In this document: positions 50,113 to 60,623 of the stretch, piece after piece
Position numbering within the stretch: the first letter of the stretch is position 1
Layout of the letters: every line of letters begins with the position of its first letter
Notes under the pieces: generated by a model
What the model was told of the DNA's origin: nothing
What the model saw: the letters and a program-made list of their open reading frames with translations, nothing else
Databases searched by the model: none
Made by a program: the position numbers and the translations under genes
Source: Clostridiales bacterium
GTDB lineage: Bacteria; Bacillota; Clostridia; Saccharofermentanales; Saccharofermentanaceae
Assembly (NCBI GenBank): GCA_017513085.1
Contig: JAFWDK010000018.1
Span: 36,679-100,678 of the forward strand
Direction of reading: 5' to 3'
DNA: 64,000 nt

Positions 50113-50841
50113 TTACACCGGATCCGGATAATCTCTTTTACCGAAAATAGCCGTGCCAATGCGAACATGCGTGGATCCGCATATAATAGCATCCTTAAAA
50201 TCGCCACTCATTCCCATGGAGAGCTTGTTCCACTTTTCCTTTTTTACACCAAGATGACTGATTTCATCAAAAAGCACCCGTGTTTTCTCAAAAATGGCAC
50301 GTGCTTCGCCTTCTTTATGCTGGATCGGCGCCATGGTCATTAATCCTTCAATTGACAGATTCGGCAGTTGTATCAGGGTTTCCAGCGAATTGATCACTTC
50401 TTCTTTGGAAAAGCCATGTTTACTTTCTTCCCCTGAAACGTTTACTTCCAGCAATATTGGTGAAACAATTCCTTTCGCTTCAGAACGCTTGGAAATCTCT
50501 TTGGCCAACGATAATGTATCTACCGAATGGATCAGATATGGTTCTCCGACTATAAGACGAACTTTTCTGGATTGAATCGTTCCGATAAGATGCCAGTTAG
50601 GATGTATTCCCTGTGGATCCAGAGTCTCTTTTTTGGCATGCATTTCTTCAGGACGATTCTCGCCAAGATCCGTAAGACCCAGTTCAAATGCTTGTCTGGC
50701 ATATTCTGCCGGAAAAAACTTGGAAACACCGATCAAAGTAATGTCAGAGGGATCACGTCCCGCCTCTTTTGCCGCTTCAGCAATGCTTTCACGTACCATA
50801 GCGATCTTCTCTTTCATAACTTCTTTACTGTACATTTCCAT
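50113..50841 (-). CDS. yggS: YggS-family PLP homeostasis protein
   Basis: GVSK, LGENR, WHLIG.IQSRK, GLMTM, LSMGMSGD, VRIGTAIFG. Confidence 0.95.
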   Translation of the reverse strand: MEMYSKEVMKEKIAMVRESIAEAAKEAGRDPSDITLIGVSKFFPAEYARQAFELGLTDLGENRPEEMHAKKETLDPQGIHPNWHLIGTIQSRKVRLIVGEPYLIHSVDTLSLAKEISKRSEAKGIVSPILLEVNVSGEESKHGFSKEEVINSLETLIQLPNLSIEGLMTMAPIQHKEGEARAIFEKTRVLFDEISHLGVKKEKWNKLSMGMSGDFKDAIICGSTHVRIGTAIFGKRDYPDPV

Positions 50842-50843
50842 GA

Positions 50844-52745
50844 CTATTTCTCCACTTTATCTCCAACCTTAACGGTGTTCGGATTTGTAATGACGATCGT
50901 ACTGATACTCGGAACACTTTGTCCTTCAACAGGAGCAATAATAGCATATTCACGATCCGAGTCGATTACAATGACCGTATATTCTCTTGCATAGCCGCTC
51001 TCATTGATATAGATGGAAGCAACTCCACGCTCCAGATCCGGATTGACCAGAGCAGATATCGGTACACGAAGTCCTCTGCTCTTTTCCTTACTTGTCTTCT
51101 GAACGATTTCGATCTTAACCGTACGGCGGTCCAGAAGTCTTTCCACCTGATTATTGGTCTCAAACAAAACGAAGAGTCCTTCTTCAGCATAGGATGCACG
51201 GATCACCTTGCACTCCGAGATCGATATACCTTCAGAAGGGATACGGATCACATGTTTAGACTCAAGCTGGAAATCAGCCAACGTTGCGCCGGGTATTGTG
51301 CAGGCGAAATACTGCACATCATTTTGAACAATACGTAATACCGGTTCATCTTTCTTGACGGAAAGGTCACCGCTGATGATGCTGCCGCACTTCTTACGCA
51401 TATCGGAAAACTGGTAATCCATCATACTCATCAATTGTGTCAGATCAACATCATTCTCATGACCATCAAGTTTATAGGATACGATACCCGGGATCTCTGC
51501 TTTGATTGATGCCGCCCTGGACTCAAGCTGATTCTTCAATCCGGTCTGTGTACGCTTCAAAACAACAAGTTCCTCATTATCAAAATCAATGCTCTCGATA
51601 TTGAGATCGCGCTTTTCCATCAATACGCGGATAGATGAAGAATAACTGGTCATATTGGTCAGATTACCGAGTATAGTATCTTTACGCACAGTAGATATGA
51701 TCGGAGAAATCTCTGAATTGATCTCATTAAAGATCGTCTTCGCCTCATCGACTTTACCTTTTTCCATAAGTTCGCGCTCAATATCAACGATCTGTCTTTC
51801 CACACTTCGAAGTTCTGTCAAAGTGCCCTCCATCTCTTCCGGAATAACCATGGCAAGAAGCTGGTCTCTGAAGACGCGGCTTCCTTCTGTTGCCTGAGTA
51901 AGAACATTACCGCTGTTCGTTGAAATAATTACTTTTTCATCTCTAAGGATCAAAGCTTCCGCTCCGATCGTGTGTTCGATCGAACCTTCTGTTACAAAAG
52001 CATACTTTGGCTTAGCTGCCACATAATCAACGACATAGAGGACAGCAATGCAGAGCACTCCGACCAGGATCGCTACACAGAGAAAAGCATTAAAAGACGC
52101 TTTCAGCGCATCTCTCTTTCTCTTTTTAGCCATGTGATTTCGTCTGACTTCATCCGAGTCAGCAATCTCGTCGACATAAGACGGCGCAGACTGCTCTTTC
52201 AAATCCTTCGGAGCCGAAGAATCATCCTTTTCGTCAATCTTTTTCTTCTTATCTTCGCGTTTTTTCTTCTTGTCCATGTCGGACGAAGCAACCGCACGCA
52301 AGGATCCGTTCTTCTTGTCCCGATCCTGGTTTGAACGGACAGACTCAGGAATACTATTCTCCTCTTCATGGCTCACACGCGATATCATGGGAATACCATT
52401 CTTTACAGATATCGGCTCATCAGCTCTTGCATCACGGATCGGATTTCTTCTATTCATCTTATAAGAAGCCGTATCAGAAGGACGATTGTTATCCGCGAGA
52501 CGTCTTCCCTCGATCGGGCGTCTTCCTTCGATCGGACGTCTGCCTTCTACAGGGCGTCTCTCTCCCCCCCGGACAGGCATCTGCCCCTCAACGGAAAGAC
52601 GCTTACCGGAAAACGGCATAACACCATCTTCAGAACGCTTCGGCATGGACGGACGACTTCCGTTGACATTGCGTTCCGAATTGGACGGACGGTTACCGTT
52701 ATTCGGTTTATTACCCTTACTTGGCTTCTTCTTCGCCATATTCAA
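50844..52745 (-). CDS. HlyD-like membrane-fusion/adaptor protein with long disordered N-terminus
   Basis: One TM, barrel-sandwich hybrid (EGSRV...IKAEIPGIVSYKLDG), coiled coil, GLRVPISAL; lies upstream of yggS-sepF. Confidence 0.7.
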   Translation of the reverse strand: MNMAKKKPSKGNKPNNGNRPSNSERNVNGSRPSMPKRSEDGVMPFSGKRLSVEGQMPVRGGERRPVEGRRPIEGRRPIEGRRLADNNRPSDTASYKMNRRNPIRDARADEPISVKNGIPMISRVSHEEENSIPESVRSNQDRDKKNGSLRAVASSDMDKKKKREDKKKKIDEKDDSSAPKDLKEQSAPSYVDEIADSDEVRRNHMAKKRKRDALKASFNAFLCVAILVGVLCIAVLYVVDYVAAKPKYAFVTEGSIEHTIGAEALILRDEKVIISTNSGNVLTQATEGSRVFRDQLLAMVIPEEMEGTLTELRSVERQIVDIERELMEKGKVDEAKTIFNEINSEISPIISTVRKDTILGNLTNMTSYSSSIRVLMEKRDLNIESIDFDNEELVVLKRTQTGLKNQLESRAASIKAEIPGIVSYKLDGHENDVDLTQLMSMMDYQFSDMRKKCGSIISGDLSVKKDEPVLRIVQNDVQYFACTIPGATLADFQLESKHVIRIPSEGISISECKVIRASYAEEGLFVLFETNNQVERLLDRRTVKIEIVQKTSKEKSRGLRVPISALVNPDLERGVASIYINESGYAREYTVIVIDSDREYAIIAPVEGQSVPSISTIVITNPNTVKVGDKVEK

Positions 52746-54028
52746 CCCTTATTCTTCAGCATTTCAGAGACAGCCAGCATAACTGCAAGCTTCACCTGTT
52801 CAAAAACAAGACCACCCTGCATATATACCATAAAAGGCGGCTTGACCGGTCCATCGGCTGAAAGCTCGATAGACGCTCCCTGTACAAAAGCACCTGCCGC
52901 CATTACGACCTGCGCATCATATCCCGGCATATCCCAAGGTTCCGGTGATACATAAGAATCAACAGGAGAGCAACTCTGTATCATTCTACAAAAGTTTACC
53001 ATTTGTTCCGCATTTGGGAAAGCGACACTTTGCACAATATCTCCGCGCTCGGAATCAAAAGAAGGGTCACATTTACAACCGGCCATAGAAAGCATAGCCG
53101 AAGCAAACACCGCCCCCTTCATGGCTTCTGCGACAATATGTGGGGCCATAAACAGACCTTGCGCAATATCACGATTAAATCCAAGACTCGGACCGACATG
53201 ACTTCCCAGACCAGGCGCCGTCACACGCTCTGCGACACGCTCAACAAGATCTTTTCGACCAGCCACATAGGCACCGGAAGGACAAAGACCGCCACCGGCA
53301 TTCTTGATCAAAGATCCTGCGCAAAGATCCGCTCCAAGAGCACATGGTTCCTGTGTTTCGACAAACTCACCATAGCAGTTGTCTACGAAAACGATTATAT
53401 CTTTTCGAATACCCTTGACCAGATCCACGACCGCCTTGATATCATCGGCGCGCAAGCATCTTCGGGTAGTATAGCCCTTCGATTTTTGAATAAATACAAC
53501 CTTTGTTTCCGGGCGGATCGCAGCACGGATAGCTTCAAGATCCGGAGATCCGTCCTCTTTTAGCTGTACCTCGTTATACTTCATCCCGTAATCCAGAAGC
53601 GAACCGGTAAACCCGTCATCTTCTTTATTCACGCCTAAAGCCGAAGCAAGCGTATCGTACGGACGTCCGCTAACCGCAAGCATTTCTTCGCCAGGCTTTA
53701 AAATGCCGAACAGGCAAGCCACCAGGATCTGCGTACCACATGTAACCTGGATACGGACATATGCCGCCTCTGCTCCGAAAAGCTCAGCATACATTTCTTC
53801 GATCTTTTCTCTTCCGATATCGTCATAACCATAGCCTGTCGTTGCACCAAGATGTGCTTCGGCAAAGCGTGCATGACGAAAAGCTTCCAGGACACGAAGC
53901 TGATTGATCTCGCGTGTTTTTTCAATCTTTTCAAATACAGATGAAGCGGTGGTCATCGCTTCATTAGCCATCTCAACCACCGCATCACTGATTCCGAACA
54001 TTGTTTTGTAAGGATCGATCTTCATCAA
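52742..54028 (-). CDS. Methionine gamma-lyase-family PLP enzyme (YnbB / aluminium-resistance type)
   Basis: TTGYGYDDIGR, FVDNCYGEFVE, GSLIKN.GGG, MAAGAFVQGASIELSAD. Confidence 0.9.
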   Translation of the reverse strand: MMKIDPYKTMFGISDAVVEMANEAMTTASSVFEKIEKTREINQLRVLEAFRHARFAEAHLGATTGYGYDDIGREKIEEMYAELFGAEAAYVRIQVTCGTQILVACLFGILKPGEEMLAVSGRPYDTLASALGVNKEDDGFTGSLLDYGMKYNEVQLKEDGSPDLEAIRAAIRPETKVVFIQKSKGYTTRRCLRADDIKAVVDLVKGIRKDIIVFVDNCYGEFVETQEPCALGADLCAGSLIKNAGGGLCPSGAYVAGRKDLVERVAERVTAPGLGSHVGPSLGFNRDIAQGLFMAPHIVAEAMKGAVFASAMLSMAGCKCDPSFDSERGDIVQSVAFPNAEQMVNFCRMIQSCSPVDSYVSPEPWDMPGYDAQVVMAAGAFVQGASIELSADGPVKPPFMVYMQGGLVFEQVKLAVMLAVSEMLKNKG

Positions 54029-54456
54029 ATACCATAAACCTCCTCAGGTTTCAATATCCTGATCCCGGCCTCTTCAAACTTCTTGATGACAGGATCGAAA
54101 TTCTGAACACGGATCACCATGACGGCATCGGAAGATGCACGTCCGACAAATCCATAGATATATTCCATAGACTCTCCGGTCTCCGAGAAAACCGAAAGTG
54201 CCTGATCAAGCGTACCGGCTCTATCAGGGATCGCAATTGCCAGCACCGGAGTCATACTTACCGTAAATCCGGATTCCGTCAAGACTGAAACAGCCTCTTC
54301 AGGCTTATCCAGGATCATTCGAAGAATTCCGTAATCTGATCCGTCTGCTACAAAAAGTGCACGGATATCAATATTAGCCTTGCCAAGTGTCTTCGTAACC
54401 TCTGCCAGGCGGCCGAAAGAATTCTCGATAAAGACGTTGATCTGTTTAACTAACAT
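54025..54456 (-). CDS. Tandem ACT-domain protein
   Basis: KQINVFIENSFGRL...NIDIRAL...YGILRMI; second ACT DRAGTL...EYIYGF; ATG 54456 behind GGGAGG. Confidence 0.88.
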   Translation of the reverse strand: MLVKQINVFIENSFGRLAEVTKTLGKANIDIRALFVADGSDYGILRMILDKPEEAVSVLTESGFTVSMTPVLAIAIPDRAGTLDQALSVFSETGESMEYIYGFVGRASSDAVMVIRVQNFDPVIKKFEEAGIRILKPEEVYGI

Positions 54457-54510
54457 ATTGGATCCCTCCCTTGCGCTTATATTCTCATTATACCGCAAAA
54501 GCACTTGTTT

Positions 54511-55107
54511 TTAGGAAAAAAGTGCGCGGCCTTTGTTAAATGCCTGTAAATTCATCGGGATCAGCTTGGCTTTAGAAGCAAACGCCTCATTGATCGCTTC
54601 CTCCCAGAGTGCCTGATCAATATCCATTCCGGCAGAAAGAGCACCTACCATTACCATATTTACAGCCTTGGAACTTCCACACTCGAGAGCTGCGGAAAGA
54701 GCATCAAATTCGAGTATCTTCGCCGAAGACATGTCAGCGCCCTTGAGAGATTCATAGATATTCTCCGGATACTCGGCATTACCGAGAAGTACCGGAAGAC
54801 TCTTGATCTTCTGGGAATTGACAAGAAGCGTACCGTCTTTCTTCAGGAGATTTGCCCATCGAACTGCCTCAACTTCTTCAAAAGCGAGAACATAATCAGC
54901 CATGCCTTCTTCCACGATCGGAGAATAGACTTTCTCACCCATTCTTACATATGTGATAACGGAACCGCCACGCTGGCTCATACCATGAACTTCAGATACC
55001 TTAATGTCCCAGCCGAGCTTCAGAGCAAGAATACCCAGGAGCTTTCCGGCGATCAAGGTTCCCTGTCCGCCAACACCGGCGAGTACGATCGAAACATTCT
55101 TTGCCAT
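54511..55107 (-). CDS. iorB: Indolepyruvate ferredoxin oxidoreductase beta subunit
   Basis: AGVGGQG, SEVHGMSQRGGSV, NMVMVGA, NLQAF. Confidence 0.93.
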   Translation of the reverse strand: MAKNVSIVLAGVGGQGTLIAGKLLGILALKLGWDIKVSEVHGMSQRGGSVITYVRMGEKVYSPIVEEGMADYVLAFEEVEAVRWANLLKKDGTLLVNSQKIKSLPVLLGNAEYPENIYESLKGADMSSAKILEFDALSAALECGSSKAVNMVMVGALSAGMDIDQALWEEAINEAFASKAKLIPMNLQAFNKGRALFS

Positions 55108-55108
55108 A

Positions 55109-56887
55109 TTATGCTTCCTCCTTCTTGCTGAGTGCATCGAACTTACACATATTGATGCAAAGACCACATGCGTTACATGCTTCCGGATCGATGACCGGCT
55201 TCTTATCAGGTCCTGCAACAAGTGCCGGACACATGATACGTGAGCAAGCACCACACTTCTTGCACTTCTCATCATCCAATACGATCGAAACACCCTTCGG
55301 CTTCTTTCCAGTCGGGATCAAAGCGCAAGGACGGCGAACAATGATAACGGAAACACAGTCTTTTGCGATCTCTTCTTTAACAACCTGCTCCACGCCGAAA
55401 GTATCGACCGGGTCTACAGTACGTACGGAAGTTACACCCACACTTCTGCAGAGAGTCTCCAGATCGATCGCCGGAGCCGGCTGCAAACGGATATTCTTTC
55501 CGGAAGCCGGATTCTGCTGATGTCCTGTCATACCGGTGATCGAGTTATCCAGGATCATAACGGTGATCGAACTCTGATTATATACAGCATTGATAAGGTT
55601 CGTAATACCGGAATGCAGGAATGTGGAATCGCCGATAACGGCTACCGTCTTCTTGCTGTCTGCTCCGTCAGAAGCCTTGTCGAAACCATGCGCCATACCG
55701 ACGGATGCACCCATGCACACGGAAACATCCATTGCAGAAGTCGGCGGGAGAGTACCAAGTGTATAACATCCGATATCACCCATGACCTGAACCTTCAGAC
55801 GATTCAGCGCAAGGAACATACCCTTATGCGGACAGCCGGCACAAAGAAGCGGCGGACGTCCCGGAGCGGTAGGAAGCTTGTCGAGGTCAAGTGCTTTTTC
55901 CGGAAGAGGCTCGGAAGACAATGCCGAGCGGATCATTCTTGCATTATATTCACCTTGAAGCGTGAACAGAGATTTGCCTTCGCAAGCAATGCCTGCAGCC
56001 TTGATCTCGGTTTCCATGAACGGGTCAAGTTCTTCAACGATGACCAGACGATCGACCTTGGACGCAAAATCACGGATCAGATCCATCGGCAACGGCCAAA
56101 CACAACCGAGCTTTAATACGGAAGCTTCCGGAGCGCCCTCTTTCACATACTGATACGAAGCACCGGCAGTAACAATACCGATCTTTGTATCGTTCATCTC
56201 GATCTTATGAATGCCCATACCCAGGAATTCTTCGTTGGAAGCCTTCTGGATATCCAATGTACGCTGCTCTACAACAACATGGCGCTTGATCGCCATCGCC
56301 GGCATCATGACGTACTTGCTGACATTCTTTTCATATGGACGCACGACGATATCCTCAGGCTCGCCAAGTTCCACGATAGAACGGGAATGAGAAACACGAG
56401 TATGCATACGAAGGATAACCGGAGTATCAAATCTCTCGGAAAGAGAAAATGCCATCTTGGCAAAATCCTTGCATTCCTGGCTATCAGAAGGCTCGAGGAT
56501 CATGAGTTTGGCAGCACGTCCGTAATTACGGCTGTCCTGCTCATCCTGGGAACTGTGCATGCCCGGATCATCCGCGACCACAAACACCAGACCACCATTG
56601 ACACCCTCATAAGCTGCCGTAAACATCGGGTCTGCCGCCACATTCATACCGACATGCTTCATGCACGTCATGGCTCTGGCACCACGAATACTCGCACCAA
56701 TCGCGACCTCTGAAGCAACCTTCTCGTTTGTTGCCCACTCACAATAAATGCGATCATACGTTGCGATGGTTTCCGTGATCTCTGTGCTCGGTGTGCCCGG
56801 ATAGGAGGATACTACCTTGACTCCTGCCTCAAAAGCACCACGCGCAACAGCTTCGTTACCTAACATAATCTGTTTCAATTTGCGCAC
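55109..56887 (-). CDS. iorA: Indolepyruvate ferredoxin oxidoreductase alpha subunit (start may be TTG 56878)
   Basis: LGNEAVARG, YPGTPSTE, SSQDEQD, RPPLLCAGCPH, GDIGCY, GDSTF, two C-terminal ferredoxin Cys clusters. Confidence 0.95.
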   Translation of the reverse strand: MRKLKQIMLGNEAVARGAFEAGVKVVSSYPGTPSTEITETIATYDRIYCEWATNEKVASEVAIGASIRGARAMTCMKHVGMNVAADPMFTAAYEGVNGGLVFVVADDPGMHSSQDEQDSRNYGRAAKLMILEPSDSQECKDFAKMAFSLSERFDTPVILRMHTRVSHSRSIVELGEPEDIVVRPYEKNVSKYVMMPAMAIKRHVVVEQRTLDIQKASNEEFLGMGIHKIEMNDTKIGIVTAGASYQYVKEGAPEASVLKLGCVWPLPMDLIRDFASKVDRLVIVEELDPFMETEIKAAGIACEGKSLFTLQGEYNARMIRSALSSEPLPEKALDLDKLPTAPGRPPLLCAGCPHKGMFLALNRLKVQVMGDIGCYTLGTLPPTSAMDVSVCMGASVGMAHGFDKASDGADSKKTVAVIGDSTFLHSGITNLINAVYNQSSITVMILDNSITGMTGHQQNPASGKNIRLQPAPAIDLETLCRSVGVTSVRTVDPVDTFGVEQVVKEEIAKDCVSVIIVRRPCALIPTGKKPKGVSIVLDDEKCKKCGACSRIMCPALVAGPDKKPVIDPEACNACGLCINMCKFDALSKKEEA

Positions 56888-56973
56888 CTCGATTCTATGT
56901 TATACGATTTACATCGATTTAAGACACTTTATCTATTGTATCACGAAACAGAGATTTGCGTGCGAAGAAATCA

Positions 56974-58605
56974 TCACTTCTCATCAACGGCCGACTTATC
57001 TACACCCGTCTTATCAAGTTTCGGGGAGATCACGTCTTCCGGCATGTCAGCAAAAGCTCTGTCGATGACTTTCTTGTCCAGTTTCGGTGAGATCCATGAA
57101 ACGATCGGAACCAGCACGATTCCAAACAACATGGCAAAAGCACCTGCATTGATCGGTGAGGCAAGGTTGATCGGAAGACCTGTCGGGAACTTGAAACTAT
57201 GTCCGAACAGTGCACCATTGCTGAGAATAAGGTGGGAAACCGTGATGCCGACACCACTGATAAAGGAAGCCCAGACCGCAGCTTTGGTAACACCCTTCCA
57301 GAAAAGACCGTAAAGGAACGGTGCCAGGAAGGAACCGGCCATTGCGCCCCAGGAGATAGACATCAATTTAGTAATGTACATATCGTTGGAACGGTAAGAA
57401 TAAATAGCCAGCATCATGGAAACCAGAACAAAGAATGCAAGGAGAAGACGGATAATGCTTACCTTCTTCTTCTCATTCATGTCCTTGATCACGTTGTCAG
57501 CCAGAACGTCCAGCGTAATCGTCGAACTGGAAGTAAGTACGAGAGATGTCAGTGTAGACATGGAAGCCGAAAGAACGAGAACAACGAGGATCGCTACCAG
57601 GATCTTCGGAACAGCCATATCCAGCATTTGCGGAACGATCGTGTCCATATTCAGTGCGCCCTTTGTGGCATCATGCTGGACGAAGATACGTCCGAAACCA
57701 CCCATGAAGTAGGATCCACCGGCAATGATCACTGCAAAGACAGTGGATACGATCGTAGCGGTATGAACAGACTTGTCATCCTTAATGGAATAGAACTTCT
57801 GCACCATCTGCGGAAGACCCCATGTACCCAAAGAAGTAAGGATCACCACGCCAAGCAGATTCAATGGTTCAGGACCGAACAGCGAAGCATACACGCCTTG
57901 GAAGGAAGAACCATTCGCTGCCGGGATCTGAGAAAGCTTCTCCATGGAAGACATCATTCCGCCGTTATAGTTCAGCACACAAAGGATCGTCATGGTAATA
58001 CCCACGATCATGATGAGACCCTGAATAAAGTCGTTGATTGCCGTGGACATATAACCGCCGAGAATAACGTATGTTGCAGCCAGAAGGCTCATTACGACAA
58101 TGCAGATCTCATATCCATAGGAAATACGATTCAGACGAAGCGCAGAGGTAAACAGGTAAGACAGACCATTGAATACCGATGCGGAATACGGGATCATAAA
58201 GATAAAGATGATCAAAGCCGCGGCAATGCGCAAAGCTTTGGAATTATAACGTTTTCCGAAGAAATCAGGCATTGTATTGGTATTCAGCGTCTTCGTCATG
58301 ATACGGCAACGCTTACCAAGTACAACCCATGCAGCCAGGCTTCCGACAAAAGCGTTTCCAAGACCGATCCACAATGCGGAAACACCGAAATCCCAACCGA
58401 ATTTACCTGCATAACCGATAAAAATAACAGCGGAGAAATATGTGGCACCGAATGAAAAAGCGGTCAGCCACGGGCCTACCTTTCTGCCTCCGAGTACAAA
58501 AGAAGAAACATCTTTCGTGTTCTTTCTCGAGTACACGCCTACTGAAATAATCATTGCGAAGAACACGACAATGACTACTCCGTACAATAAATCGAGAGTA
58601 TCCAT
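56974..58605 (-). CDS. Sodium:solute symporter (SSS) family transporter
   Basis: Many TM helices; FVLGGR..GPW, TMPDFF..RY, WGLPQMV.KFY, SASMST. Confidence 0.92.
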   Translation of the reverse strand: MDTLDLLYGVVIVVFFAMIISVGVYSRKNTKDVSSFVLGGRKVGPWLTAFSFGATYFSAVIFIGYAGKFGWDFGVSALWIGLGNAFVGSLAAWVVLGKRCRIMTKTLNTNTMPDFFGKRYNSKALRIAAALIIFIFMIPYSASVFNGLSYLFTSALRLNRISYGYEICIVVMSLLAATYVILGGYMSTAINDFIQGLIMIVGITMTILCVLNYNGGMMSSMEKLSQIPAANGSSFQGVYASLFGPEPLNLLGVVILTSLGTWGLPQMVQKFYSIKDDKSVHTATIVSTVFAVIIAGGSYFMGGFGRIFVQHDATKGALNMDTIVPQMLDMAVPKILVAILVVLVLSASMSTLTSLVLTSSSTITLDVLADNVIKDMNEKKKVSIIRLLLAFFVLVSMMLAIYSYRSNDMYITKLMSISWGAMAGSFLAPFLYGLFWKGVTKAAVWASFISGVGITVSHLILSNGALFGHSFKFPTGLPINLASPINAGAFAMLFGIVLVPIVSWISPKLDKKVIDRAFADMPEDVISPKLDKTGVDKSAVDEK

Positions 58606-58751
58606 ATACTACCATCCTTCTGCTGCCTATACCCCTTGGCAGCCCTACAATTTGATTTGCCTGAAAACAGGCACAAAAACTTCATTCTCATGATATCAGA
58701 GAACAGAAAAGATGCAAGTGATTTTGCCGAATTTGTATCGAAATGCGACGA

Positions 58752-59531
58752 TCAGATCTCGATCGTAACTCCTGCCGAGATGGAATGAAGTCTCGGACCG
58801 ACATTATCTTTCAAAAACAGATATTGCTCTTTACCGGTGCAGTGACACGTATAAAACTCTGCTCCGGAATCTTTCAGTGCCCGGGACACCTCCAGCAGAA
58901 GCTCTTCATCCCAGAGGACATCATATTTCATAGTATGCAGACCGCCGACAAAACAATCGAAAGATTTCCCGTAGATAAGATTTACGATTCCCTTATGGGT
59001 ACACCCACTAAAAATATATGTCTTATACCATTCCCGTATCTGAAGATACATCTCGTGATCGTAGGTTTCTTTCTCCATGTATTTTCCGCGTTTAACCTTC
59101 TGCCCGAACGTATCAGCAGCTTTTCTCGGTTTTTTCAACGTAACAAAGGAAATCTCGGGATCGATCGTAATGTCTTCTCTCACCTTGATCAGCCGCGGAT
59201 GGCCATCCATGGTCTCATCCATACCGATATACTCATTATTGCCATTGTAATGCGGTTCAAATACCTGCTCATGCATATAAATATTCGCATGCTTATTCAG
59301 ATCAAGGAAAGTCTCCATCCCGGTACTGTGGTCATTATGACCGTGAGATAAAAAAGCAATATCAACAGTGGACAGATCGATACCGAGTTTCACGGCATTT
59401 TCGGCAAAGACAGCACTATGACCAAAATCAAAAAGGATCCTATGCTTTCTTGTCTCTATATACAGACTAAGGCCATGCTCAGTAGCTAGACCACACTCGC
59501 TGGTATTCTCAGACAAAACAGTAACTTTCAT
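58752..59531 (-). CDS. MBL-fold metallo-hydrolase
   Basis: EHGLSLYIE, LSHGHNDH, GCTHKG, GGLH, CHCTG. Confidence 0.88.
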   Translation of the reverse strand: MKVTVLSENTSECGLATEHGLSLYIETRKHRILFDFGHSAVFAENAVKLGIDLSTVDIAFLSHGHNDHSTGMETFLDLNKHANIYMHEQVFEPHYNGNNEYIGMDETMDGHPRLIKVREDITIDPEISFVTLKKPRKAADTFGQKVKRGKYMEKETYDHEMYLQIREWYKTYIFSGCTHKGIVNLIYGKSFDCFVGGLHTMKYDVLWDEELLLEVSRALKDSGAEFYTCHCTGKEQYLFLKDNVGPRLHSISAGVTIEI

Positions 59532-59537
59532 ATTCAA

Positions 59538-60563
59538 TCAACCCATTATATCCATAGAGACCCAGAAATTCGCATATTCTACCATATAATCATCATTCTC
59601 CCTTGCCGTCTCAGGGATCTCTGCATAGACGATCTTATCTCCACACCAGTAATACAAATTAACGCCATCAAAACTCATATCCCGTGCATATCCCCATTCC
59701 TGAGACATATAGTAATACTGGATATCGTCCTGACCAGGATCAGAGTGCAGCTCAAAATAATTCTTCGCATCTTCCGTTGACGCAAAACAATATAACACAT
59801 ACTTTGCCTGGCTTTTTCCTCTTCCGGAATCCAGAATATATCGTACACTCTGCCCGTCCAAGCCATACTTCGTTACGTCATCACCTTCGATTTTGTTAAC
59901 GATAATATCATCTTTTCTAACAATATCTATGGCATAACGGAAATTCACATCATTAATTACCGCATGCCGGTAAAATGCCTGTGAATCCGCTTTAGAAGTC
60001 TCAAAAACAGTTCCGATCGGCGGAATGGTACGTCCTTCTGAAACGACCATAAACATTTCTCCGTATATATCTTCGATCAGTTCTTTGAGATTATTAACTA
60101 TCCAGACATTATATTTAATATTAAATACAACTGTTATTTCCGATGTTTTATACTTATTTTTACTCTGTTGTTCTATCGCTTGTGAATAATACTCCAAATC
60201 ACCCAAGGTAGGAGCTCCGCGATAAGCAGAAGTAAAATCCGGCAAAGTCAAGAACACATCAAAGTAGACTTTCTGATTGACCTGACGGACATTATCCATA
60301 TAAACGTCATATTGAGCTTTTTCCATGACCTTCGATACAAACGCATCTTCCTTATAACGTCTCAGGATAAGGAAATCATTCGCATCCATATATGCCTGTG
60401 CGGATAGTTTGTCCAGATCACGTGTTAAGACGTTTTCCATAAACTCATCAATATGTACCTGGCATTCTTCTCTTTCGAAATATACATTATTACATCCCGT
60501 CATCGAAAACATAACAGATAGAATGATCATTATACCTAAGCTTAATGAAAAGAGCCGCTTCAC
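59538..60563 (-). CDS. Hypothetical lipoprotein (paralog of the next gene)
   Basis: Lipobox MTGC; GTG start 60563 behind GGAGG; shares C..H.EEFM, PD[FY]..AY and WG motifs with 60624..61610. Confidence 0.7.
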   Translation of the reverse strand: MKRLFSLSLGIMIILSVMFSMTGCNNVYFEREECQVHIDEFMENVLTRDLDKLSAQAYMDANDFLILRRYKEDAFVSKVMEKAQYDVYMDNVRQVNQKVYFDVFLTLPDFTSAYRGAPTLGDLEYYSQAIEQQSKNKYKTSEITVVFNIKYNVWIVNNLKELIEDIYGEMFMVVSEGRTIPPIGTVFETSKADSQAFYRHAVINDVNFRYAIDIVRKDDIIVNKIEGDDVTKYGLDGQSVRYILDSGRGKSQAKYVLYCFASTEDAKNYFELHSDPGQDDIQYYYMSQEWGYARDMSFDGVNLYYWCGDKIVYAEIPETARENDDYMVEYANFWVSMDIMG

Positions 60564-60623
60564 AATAACCTCCAAAAGGATCCCTGCATTCCTTTATCAT
60601 TTTAGCATAAATCAAGTCATGGT

